DNA of 64,000 bases from Squalus acanthias (taxonomy: Eukaryota). Location of the stretch: positions 36,644,001 to 36,708,000 of the forward strand of contig CM059432.1 of assembly GCA_030390025.1 (NCBI GenBank). Reading direction: 5' to 3'. This document shows positions 13,701 to 25,700 of the stretch, in pieces. The translations under genes and the position numbers were made by a program. The notes under the pieces are model-generated. The model made no database searches. It worked only from the letters and a program-made list of their open reading frames with translations, and was not told the origin of the DNA. Every line of letters starts with the position of its first letter. Within the stretch, counting starts at the first letter, position 1.

Positions 13701-16700
13701 GTATTTTTCTAGCAGTTTGTACAACTGAGTGGCTCGCTAGGCCACTTCAGAGGCCAGTTAAGAGTCAACCAAAAAGGTGTGGGACCGGAGTCACTTATAG
13801 GCCAGACTTCCTTCCCTAAAGGATATTAGTGAACCAATTTGACAGCTTCGTGGTCACTTTTACGGATACCAGATTTTTAATTCCAGATTTTTTAAACTGA
13901 ATTCAAATTCTCAAACTGCCTTGGTGGATTTGAACTCACGTTCTCTGGATTACCAGTTCAGTAATATTACTACTACTCTACTGTACCCATTTCTTTTGAG
14001 CTGACTCAGGCGCTACCGACAGCAACTGAGCAAAGCTAGAGAGTGTTATTTATTTTTCAGGTCATGTAATTCCATTCACCCACCCTCTTCTCGCACCTGT
14101 CCGAGTGACGGTCACCGGTGTCAGTCCCACTGCTCAGCACAGTTGAGACTGAGCACTTTGTTAAATGGGTGAAATGCAACTAGTTTTCCAATAACTTAAG
14201 TTAGCTGATGCAAAACCCATGCTGTTGTAAAACTATGCATCCAACTCAAGTGAGCAGTGCATTATGCACCCTCATCACTCCTCTTTGACCCACCATCACC
14301 ACCCCCACACACACACACCATAACTTGCCTGTTGACAGTAGATCTGTGCAGCAATACCTGGCCAGTCTTAGTACGGTAGACCAGGCTGTTGGGTTTGAAC
14401 TTTCCCTCTTTGGTGACTTTCCCATGTCTCAGCTGCAAAGGAAACAAGAGAAAAAGAAACCGGCTTTTTATAAACAGGGTAGCCAGCCTGGAGTCCAAAT
14501 CATAGGAACAAGAGTTGGCTATCAAGCCTCTTAAGCCTGTTCTGCCATTCAATTCGATTATGACTGATCCGTACCTCCACTCCATTTAACAGGCTTTGAT
14601 CCATATCCCTGGATTCCCTTATCTAACAAAAATCTAAGGATCTCAGTCTTGAAAATTTCAATTGACCCAGCATCCACAGCCTTTTGGGGAGTTTCAGATT
14701 TCCTCTCCGTGTGAAGAAGAAGCTTCCTCATTTCACTCGCAAAATGACGCTCCTTCGTTCTGGATTCTCTCACCAGAGGAAACAGTTGCTCTGTATCGAC
14801 CCTATCGAATACCTTTATCATTTTAAACGCCTCGATTAGATCACCCCTCAATCTTCTAAACTCAAGGGAATACAAGCCAAGTTTATGCAACCCGTCCTAA
14901 TAAATTTAACCCTTTAAGCCCTGTGTTTCCCCTAATCCCTACCACATCAGTCTCTACTCCCCAAACCAGGCATCACAGCCAAGCCTGAACCTATCCTCAA
15001 ATCCAGTATAATTGGAAAGCTATCAGAGGCATGAACCCCGGCTAATTTCCTTCTTCCATAACCTAGGGCCACTCTCAGCACTGACCAAACATCCCCAGTC
15101 TGTACTGCACCTCACAGCCATTAGGGGAGTTTCTGTTGGCCAGTGAACTTAAATACACCAACACAAAGTCATTAAAAGCTGTTGTCAGATTGCTTCTGGA
15201 ATCAAGTCTTGGATGAGACACAACTTTGTCCAGCTCAACATCAGAAAGACCAAAACCACTCCATTTTCAGCCCCAGTTATAAACTGTGCTCCCTTGTCAT
15301 CCTCCTCCCCAGCCACACACACTGAACCAGACGGCTCGCAATCTTCAACCCCGAGCCCAGTTTCAAATCCCAGATCGTCTCCATCACTAAGACTGATCGC
15401 TTCCCCCTCCATAATGTTGCCCACTTCACTGCTGAAACATTTACACTTGCCTCCATCACTTCCAGACTCCACTACTCGAATACTCTCCTTGTTGCCCCCC
15501 CATCCTTCACACACTGCAGCTTGTCCAAATATTGTGCTTGTGCCGCACGTATCCTGCTCGCTCAAACCATCGTTCCTACCCTAGTTGACCTACATGACCT
15601 CCCATCCCCAATTCATTAAATTTAAAACCCTCGCCCTCATGTAGAAGTTCCTCCATGGCCTCACCCCACCCTGTCTCTAATCTCCTCCAGCCCTATACCC
15701 CCTCCATTCTGCAAATCCCTGTCCACTCTTCAACCCACCATTGGAGGCACAGCCATCAGCTACTCGAGTACTGTCCAGAATTCCCTCCCTAAACCTCTCC
15801 ACCTTCCTCTCCTCCTCTAAACACGTTCCTCAAAACCCATCGCTTTGGGTTCTAGTCACCCCTCCTACTCTCCCTTCCTGGCTCAGCATCTATTCCCTTA
15901 CGCAAATTTGTGTCTTCTTTACGTTAAAGATGCTACACAAATGCAAGTACTAATGTAGCCACATCAGGGTAAGACAAGCCCGAGGGTTTGGAGCATATCT
16001 CTCTCACCTGGATGAGGTTGGGGTACAGGCCAGCCAGTAGCACTCCTTTAATCAGCTCCTCCTCCCCGCTGTACTGGTTACACAAAGAGTAGGAGCGTGT
16101 GCAGTCCGAAGGATTTGACACCAGGAAGGCATTGTAAACATTTTCGGAGAATTGCAGAATCAATCCTGGATCAACAGAGCACAAACAGTGCCAGGTTAGT
16201 CGACTAACACGAGAGGAAAATAATCAAATACAATTACTATATTTACATCGCAGAATTGAAATCAGAATTAAACTTGCTACGATGACTAAAACCGAGATAA
16301 AGAGACACGACAAAAATAAAAGCTAAATTATTACAAATATTCCGACAGAGGAAGGGGAGGCAGCCAATATTCCCCCTAATTTTTTTTGGGTGCAACGTTA
16401 TACAAAGTTTCACATTGGAAAAGCCGGTCGGTCCCAGGTCTGCGCGGGACCGACAGCTGCACAGCTCAGAGGGAACATTGGCGGCAGCTATTGGATGCTG
16501 TGGTAACTTATCTTTTTAACCTCATAATCCTGTCTCTTCACTACACCCTTTACCCTTAGTTCCCAAGTTCATCTCCCTTTTATTCCACATTCACACAACT
16601 CTCCTTTTAGCTGGTTCAGCTCAAATGATAAGATTATGTGTCCATTGCTCTGGATTACCGAATCTATCCTGTCCAAGTCAGAGTCATAAAGGCACAGAAG

Positions 16701-19700
16701 GAGGCCATTCGGCCAATTGAGTCTGTGCCGGCTCTCTGTAGAGCAATCCAGTCAGTCCCATTCCCCCGCTCTATCCCCGTAGCCCTGCAAGTTTATTTCC
16801 CTCAAGTGCCTATCCAGCCTCCCCTTGAAAACATTGAGTGTCTCCGCTTCCACCACTTCCGTCAGCAGCGAGTTCCAGGTCCTCACCACTCGCTGCGTAA
16901 AGGTTTTTCCTCACATCCCCCCTGTATCTCTTGCCCAAAACCTTAAATCTGTGTCCCCTAGTCCTTGTACCATCAACTAGTGGGAACAGCCTTTCCCCAT
17001 CTAGCCTAGCCAAACCCGTCATAATCTTGTACACCTCTATCAAATCACCCCTCAGTCTCCTTTGTTCCAATGAAAACAAATCCAGCTTCTTCAACCTGTC
17101 CATGCAGCTAATATCCCCCATCGGGGAACCATTCTGGTAAATCTCCTCTGCACCCTCTCAAGGGACTTCACACCCTTCCTAAAGTGTGGTGACCAGAACT
17201 GGACGCAATACTCCAGTTGTGGCCTAACCAGCGCTTTCTAAAGATTCAGCATAACTTCTCTACTTTTATACTCAATACCTCTATTTATGAAGTCCAAGAT
17301 CCCATATGCTTTGTTAACCACTCTCTCAATATGTTCCGCCACCTTCAGGGACCGATGCACATTAACTCCCAGGTCCCTCTGTCCCTGCACACTCTTTAAA
17401 ATTGTGCCGTTAAGTATATATTGCTCTCCCTGTTCCTTCTGCCAAAATGCATCACCTCACACTTCTCTATTAAATTCCATCTGCCACTTGTCTGCCCATT
17501 CTGCTAGCCTTTCTATGTCCTGTTGCAGTCGATGGTACCATCCTCACCGTTTGCCACCCCCCCAAATTTGGTGTCATCGGCAAATTTAGAAATTCTACTC
17601 TGTATTCCAATATCCAGGTCACTTATATTTATCAAAAAAAGCAGTGGCCCCAGCACTGAGCCTTGGGGAACCTCACTGTCTACCATCCTCCAGTTTGAAA
17701 AACAGCCATTTACCACATCTCGCTGATTTCTGTCCTTAAGCCAATTCCTTATCCAAGCTGCCACTGACCCACATATTCCATGAGCCTCAATTTTGTTAAC
17801 AAGCCTTCTATGTGGTACTTTGTCAAACGCCTTCCTAAAATCCATGTAGACAACATCCATTGCATTCCCTTCATCGATCCTCCCTGTTACTTCATCAAAA
17901 AATTCAATTAGATTAGTTAAACATGATCTGCCTCTAACAAATCCGTGTTGGCTCTCCTTAATTAGCTTAAACCTCTGCAAGTGCCCATTAATTTTTTCCT
18001 TGATTATTGTTTCTAAAACTTTACCCACCACTGATGTTAAACTGACCGGCCTGTAGTTACTAGGATTGTCCTTGCACCCTTTCTTGAACAATGGTGTCAC
18101 ATTTGCCACTTTCCATCCTCAGGCACCTCCCCTGCATTTAGGGAAAATTGGAAAATATGGCAAGCCCTTCTGCTATCTCCTCCCCCAATTCCCTTAGCAA
18201 CCTGGGATGCAAGCCATCTGGACCAGGCGACTTATCCACTCTAAGCATACCCAGCCTTTCTAGTATATCCTGTCTATCAATTTTCATCCCTTCCATTGCT
18301 TCTACCTTTTCCACTGCTACCGATATTTTGTCAGCATCCACCTCCTTAGTAAACACCGATACAAAGTACTCCGAGTATTCTAGCCTTGCCCTGCGCCTCT
18401 ACGCATATATATCACCTTCTTTGTCGCTAATAGGCCCCACCCCGCCTCTTACTACCCACCTACTGTTTACATGCTGGTAGAAGATTTTTGGGTTCCCTTT
18501 TATGTTAACCGTCATTCTACTCTCATATTCTCTCTTTGCCAATCTTATTTTCATCTTCACTTTCCCTCTCAACTTATTGTATTTGGTCTGATTCTCCCTT
18601 GAAGAATTCACCTGACATGCATCATACACCCTCTTTTTAAATTTCATCATCTTCTCTATCTCCCTCGTCATCCAAGGAGCCCTTGCTTTGGTTCCCTTAC
18701 CCTTCCCTGTTGTTGGAATGTACCTAGCCTGTACTTGGAACATCTCCTCCTTAAAGATCAGCCATTGTTCCGTTACAGTTTTTCCTGTCAGTCTTTGGTT
18801 CCATTTTACCTTGGCTAGATCCTGTCACATCCCATTGAAGTTAGCCCTATTCCAGTTTAGAAGTTCCACTCTAGATTGTTCCTTGCTCTTCTCCATTGCT
18901 AATCTAAATCTTATATGATGATGATCACTCGTACCCAAGTGTTCTCCCACAGACACTTGGTCGACCTGGCCCACCTCATTCCCCAGCACCAGATCCAGCA
19001 ATGCCTCCTTCCTAGTTGGGCCAAGAACATACTGGTCAAGGAAATTCTCCTGAACACATTTCAGAAATTCCTCCCCCTCCTTTCCCTTTACCCTAGCATT
19101 ATCCCAATCGATATTTGGGTAATTAAAGTCCCCCAAAATCACCACTCTATAGTTCTTGCCTTAATTATTTTAAGCACCTCTCTCGCCACTCCCATCAACT
19201 TTACCCAGTCATCAGAGCTCAGTCCCTTCATCCCTGGTGAAACATCACTGGACTTTCTTCAAGACCAGTATCTTCACGCTAAGGTGGGGTGCACAGAGCT
19301 GAACACACTGCTCCAAATGAGGTCCGAGCAGCATTCTGTACTGGTCAGTAGTTTACAATTTTTGGAAGACTTTAGAAATTGAAACTGATTAAGCAAGTGC
19401 CAGTTGTAATTCCAGACACAGTTTATTATTACAGGAAAGGGTGCAACATTTCCTGTAATAATAAACTGTGTCTAGAATCACAACTGGGACTTGCTTAATC
19501 AGTTTCAATTTCTAAAGTCTTCCAAAAGAGCAGCCAATGGAAATCCCGTAAAGGGCCTGCTGAAGCACACAGCTTAGTTCCTCGAACGCTAGCCTCGTTA
19601 CTGCAGACCATCCAACCTACCGTGAATGAAGCGGAGGCTCGGAGCATACAGCATATTCTCTTCCAGGTACTCCTTCTTGGAGACTGTATCCCGCTCCTGC

Positions 19701-22700
19701 AGCACTTTCTTCCAGCCTTCAACAGCTTTAATAAACGCCATGTGATCACTTCGGCTCTCCCCACTCAGACGTGTTTTAGCCTAAAGAACGAGACAGAACC
19801 TGGGTTTGTACACCAACTTGTTGACTAGAGAAGCTGGAATTATTCTTCTCGGAGCAGAGAAGGTTAAGGGGAGATTCAAGAGCTGTTTAACGTTATGAAA
19901 GGTTTTGATAAGAGTCGATAGGAAGAAACTGTTTCCGCTGGCAAGAGGGTCAGTAACCAGAGGAGACAGATTTTAAGATAATTGGCAAAAGAACATGAGT
20001 GGAGATGAGGAGATTTTTTTTTTTTTTTTTTAACACAGCGAGTTATGATGATCTGTAATGCACTGTCTGAAAGGATGGTGGAAGCAGATTCAATAATAAT
20101 TTTCAAAAGGAAATTGGATCTATACTTGAAAAGGAAAAATTTGCAGTGCTATGGGGAAAGAGCAGGGGAATGAGACTAATTGGATAGCTGTTTCAATGAG
20201 CATTCACAGGAACGATGGGCCAAATGGCCTCCTTCTGTGCTGGATACCTTATCGTGTCTCTCAAACATACCATAGTGCTTGGCATGAGAACAGTAGAGTA
20301 TTAGTTATGTTACTGGACTAATATTCCAGAGAACGAGTACAAATCCCACCAATGGCAGTTTGAGAATTTGAATTCAGTTTAAATAAAAATCTGGAAAAAT
20401 AACCCAACTGATTCACTAATGTCCTTTAGGGAAGGAAACCTGCCGTCCTTGCCCAATCTGGCCTATATGTGAATCCACTCCCACACCATCGTGGTTGACT
20501 CTAAACTGGCCTCTGAAGTGGCCTAGGAAGCCACTCAGTTGTATCAATCCGCTACTAGTGGTTCAAGAGGCTCATCACTACTTTCAACCACAAGGGGTAT
20601 GACAGTCAATCCTGATCACATCCTCATCCGATATCCACACTTCCCACCATGGGGTGACTCGCTAATTATCAGAAGTTGTTTTTTTCTCCCCTCCCTTTCC
20701 CAGCAACACTGAAGCAAACTTTTTCCGCAGTACTAGTGTCCCCGCTGAGACCAGCTAACTCAGCACAGAGCATGAAAAGAGCCTGGGATCTTCCTGTGTG
20801 GATCAGTGCCACAATGGCATTTACCAACCAAAGGCTTGTGGGGCGGGGGGGTGGAAGGAGGGGGCTGGTCTAGTTGACAGACAGAGATGGATGTTCAAGG
20901 CTAAACTTCATTTACTGCAGGCCCCCAACCTTCAGATAATAAATTAATTTTGAGGTAGGTATCACTTTAAACCCCAAGCCCTGTCGACCTGCCCTGCTCA
21001 GAAAGAGCCTTGTATATAATCCACTACTTTTATAGGATATGCAGTTTGAATTTGAGGACGATTCGCTCTGCACAGGTCTCACCAGAACACATAGCTGACC
21101 TGATCCCTCAGGCAGTGTGCTCCACAAGCAGGAGTACAACAACCCCTCCCCTGCGAATACTTTTCCTTCCATTTCTCCTCCTGCACCTACGCCCACCCCC
21201 ACTTCAACGGCTCAGCCAAAGAGTTTCGGAACGTAAGAGTTTGGGGAAGGAGAGCGAGCATCACATCAAACACCTCTGAAAGGCTCAGCTGGGGATATCA
21301 CATCAGCACATTGAGGGGTAGAAAGAAATATTAGATTATTGTTCAACTGATTCGTTTTTATTTTGCTGTTCTTGGGATGTGGGCGATTTTGATTAAACAG
21401 TATTTCTTGCCCATCCCTAATCAGCACCGCCTCTGACCAAGCTTTTAGCCACCTGCCCCAATATCTCTTTCTTTGTCTGATTACACTTCTGTTAAGCACC
21501 TTGGGATGTTATCCAATGTTAAAGGCCCTATATAAAAGTAAGTTGTTGCTGTAAAAAGCTAATGACCTTTTGGCACACGAGTGGTTAACGTGCACAGATG
21601 TGCTGGCGGTAGCTGCATGTTTTCCCATCATCCCCTGGTCTCCTGTCAATCATCCCTTTCTCGTCAAGACAGCCGTTTAAATTGGCCGCTCCATGTTGCC
21701 ACATCAGGAAGAGACTTACTGAGGTCACTGGGAGGGATTCAGAGGACATTTGAGTTGTGTGTAGGCCAGACCACGTAGGAGTGGCGGGTTCCCTTCCCTG
21801 AAGGAAATTAGGGAACTAGTTGGGTTTTTAAGGAAAATCTGGTTTTCTTGGCCAATTTTTCTGGTACCGGCCCCTCAGTTTAGGAATTTAGCAGAGTGTG
21901 AGGGAGAATATTGTGTTGAACCAATCCATGGAAATATACATGTGCACACATATACACATACATAGCTATACAAATATACACACACACACATCCCAAATGG
22001 AGCAAATCAAACACTTAAAAAACCCAGAGTCTACGCAGTAGAACAAAGTAGTAAGAAGATTTGAATAGTTCCAGTTATAATGCTACAAAAGCCCAGGTAC
22101 AATATCACACGTCTTCCTGCAGTGACACATTGCAAAGGTTTATTTTTTGCTTTAACATTAATATTGCACAAATAGTCAGCGTTTGCTTGTGAAGTAAGAG
22201 CCTCCCCCGCAGTCCAAAAATAACCCGATTCATTTTTTTTATTCAGTGAAACCTCAGCAAGTCTCTTCCTGATTTGGCAACATGGAGCAGCCAAATTAAA
22301 CGGCTGCCTTGATGAGAAGGAGATGATTGACAGGGGACCAGAGGATGCTGGGAAATCATGCTGCTGCCGTCAGCAGATGTCTGAGTCTCTGTGCACGGTT
22401 AACTGCTCAAGTGCCAAAAACATTAGCTTTTTACAACAAAACGCTCCAAGGCACTTCACAGGAGCATAATCACACAAAAATTGACACCAAGCCAAAGAAA
22501 AAGACGTTAGAGAGGAGACCAACAGCTTGGTCAAAGGTTTTAAGGAGGGTCAGCCTCCTTAAATGCTCAGTTGGTAGCACTCTCGTCTCTGATTCAGAAG
22601 GTTGTAGGTTTAAGTCCCACTCCAGAGACTTGAGCACAAAAATCTAAGCTGACACTCCAGTGCAGTACTAAGGGAGTGCTGCACTGTCGGAGGTGCCGCC

Positions 22701-25700
22701 TTTCGGATTAGACGTTAAACCGAGGCCCCGTCTGCTCTCTAAAGTGGATGTAAAAGATCCTATGGCACTATTTCGAAGAAGAGCAGGGGAGTTATCCCCG
22801 GTGTCCTGGCCAATATTTATCCCTCAATCAACATAACAAAAACAGATTATCTGGTCATTATCACATTGCTGTTTGTGGGAGCTTGCTGTGCGTAAATTGG
22901 CTGCCGTGTTTCCCACATTACAACAGTGACTGCACTTCAAAAGTACTTCATAATTGGCTGTGGTCGTGAAAGACGCTATATAAATGCAAGTCTTTCTTTT
23001 CTTAAAAGAGAAGAGAAAGGTGGAGTTTGAGCTTTGGAATCACAGCACTTCCACCCCAAAAAATAATCCTTTGGTGAATCTTAGAACACTTACATCTTTA
23101 AAAAAAAAAATTAGAATTAGGGAAATGGAGAGGCACAAATCCAATCCTGCAGAATAATGATCCGCATGCTGGGGAAGGGGGGGTACGAGATCTCTTGATC
23201 TCATCCAGGGTTGTGTAGAGATGGGGAGCAAAGCCAGTGGAAAAAGCTCTCCTTCACCAGCTCCCAAACCACATCTCTGACCCAGGCTCAAGCCTAGATT
23301 CCATCTCGATTCGGGAAATATCCTGCAACTCACATCCCGAGAACAAAAAATAATTTTTAAAAATACACCCAGACACGGTTGCACAATCACCTGATCTCTT
23401 TCCTTACCTTCATAACCTCAGCCCTGTTCAGCAAGCTGTTCACAAACGGATCTCGAGTCAGACATGCAACAACCATCAGTACAGGGTACAGACAGCGGAA
23501 AATGCAGGCCATGATAATCGCCTTTGCCAGCCGCGGGTCCGTGGAGATGTGGGCCAGACGCTGCCCGAGGAAAGTGAGAGATTCGTCTTCATCAAGCACT
23601 CCTGTGGTGGGGTGGAAGGGGAGAGATATTGGAGAATTCTCCTCATGCACCAATTTATCTTGGTTCTACAACTAAAACCAGATGATACAGAAGTGTGTGG
23701 GGTCTGATTATAATCAACCATAATCTAATTGAATTTTTTGATGAGGTAACAGGGAGGATTGACGAAGGGAATGCAATGGATGTTGTCTACATGGATTTTC
23801 GGAAGGCGTTTGACAAAGTACCACATAGAAGGTTGGTTAACAAAATTGAGGCTCATGTTATAGGTGGGTCAGTGGCAGCTTGGATAAGGAATTGGCTTAA
23901 GGATAGAAAACAGCAAGTTGTATAAATGGCTGTTTTTCCAGACTGGAGGAGGGTAGACAGTGGTGTTCCCCAAGGGTCAGTGCTGGGGTCACTGCTTTTT
24001 TTTGATATATAAAAATGACCTGGATATTGGAATAGAGTAGAATTTCAAAATCTGCCGATGACACCAAACTTGGGGGTGTGGCAAACAGTGAGGATGATAC
24101 CAATCGACTGCAGCAGGACAAAGAAAGGCTAGCAGAATGGGCAGACAAGTGGCAGATGGAATTTAATACAGAGAAGTGTGAGGTGATGCATTTTGGCAGA
24201 AGGAACAGGGAGAGGCAATATACACTTAATGGCACAGTTTTAAAGAGTGTGCAGGGACAAAGGGACCTGGAAGTTAATGTGCATAGGTCCCTGAAGGTGG
24301 CAAAACATATTGAGAGAGTGGTTAGCAAAGCTATGGGATCTTGGGCTTCATAAATAGAGGTATTGAGTATAAAAGTAGAGAAGTTATGCTGAACCTTTAT
24401 AAAGCGCTGGTTAGGTCACAACTGGAGTATTGCATCCAGTTCTGGTCACCACACTTTAAGGATGTGAAGGCCCTTGAGAGGGTGCAGAGGAGATTTACCA
24501 GAATGGTTCCGGGGATGGGGGATCTTAGCTACAAGGACAGGTTGGAGAAGCTGGATTTGTTTTCATTAGAGCAAAGGAGGTTGAGCAGGGATTTGATAGA
24601 GGTGTACAAGATTATGACTTGTTTGGATAGGCTAGACGGGGAAATGCTGTTCCCACTAGTTGATGGTACAAGGACTACGGGACACAGATTTAAGGTTTTG
24701 GGCGAGAGATACAGGAGGGATGTGAGGAAAAACTTTTTTACGCAGCAAGTGGTGAGGACCTGGAACTCGCTGTCAACGGAAATGGTGGAAGCTGAGACAC
24801 TCAATGTTTTCAAGGGGAGACTGGATAGGCACTTGAGGGAAATAAACTTGCAGGGCTACAGGGATAGAGCAGGGGAATGGGACTGACTGGATTGCTCTAG
24901 AGAGAGCCGACACGGTCTCGATGGGCCGAATGGCCTCCGTCTGTGCCGTTATAACTCTATGACTCTATAACCCTTTACATTTGCAGCAACAGAATTAAAA
25001 TCCCCACCTAGAATTTTCTCTGTTCTCCTGTCCGGAACACACACACGTGGAACTGGAGTTTGTTTTCATTAGTGTCGGTCATGCAAGTTCCTTGTGTGAC
25101 CCTACATCATACAAGAAATTTCTAGCCAATCCTGTACTCACCTAACATCCAATCCCTCTTGAAGGGCTGATTTTCCCCTTCACTGACACCAATTGTAGCA
25201 TCCTAGTTCTGGCAGAGGTCAGTTGACTCAGTACAGACCAGGGATCAAACCTCGGTCCTTTGGTTCAGTACAGCTCAGGAACGCAACTGCATTTACCAAT
25301 TAACTCAATAAAAACGTTCCATTAACCTGTAGGTGAAAATTGAGCTGCAATCGAGGACTATATTCCAAGCACGTTGTGGTATAACTCTCCCTTCACTGTA
25401 ACAAAACAGGAGGAAAAAGACCATATAGGATCAAGGATCAGCTCCATTAATGGTGGGGCTCACGATTTCGGACCTCCCTGGGAGCTGATCATGAGCTCTG
25501 GGACAACGTGCTTCCTTGGCAGTGGCACAACCCGCCAGGGCTCACCAGGTTCTCAATGTCAGTCAACTCATTGTGAGGAGATAGCAGCGGAGGGTTTTAT
25601 TTTAAAGACTCCTGAAAGTGTTGCCTCTGGCAGATGTTTTGTTTTACAGGAGTTAAATGGGAATCCCCTGTGGTGCTGAGGCCAATGGTTGTACCCTCAA

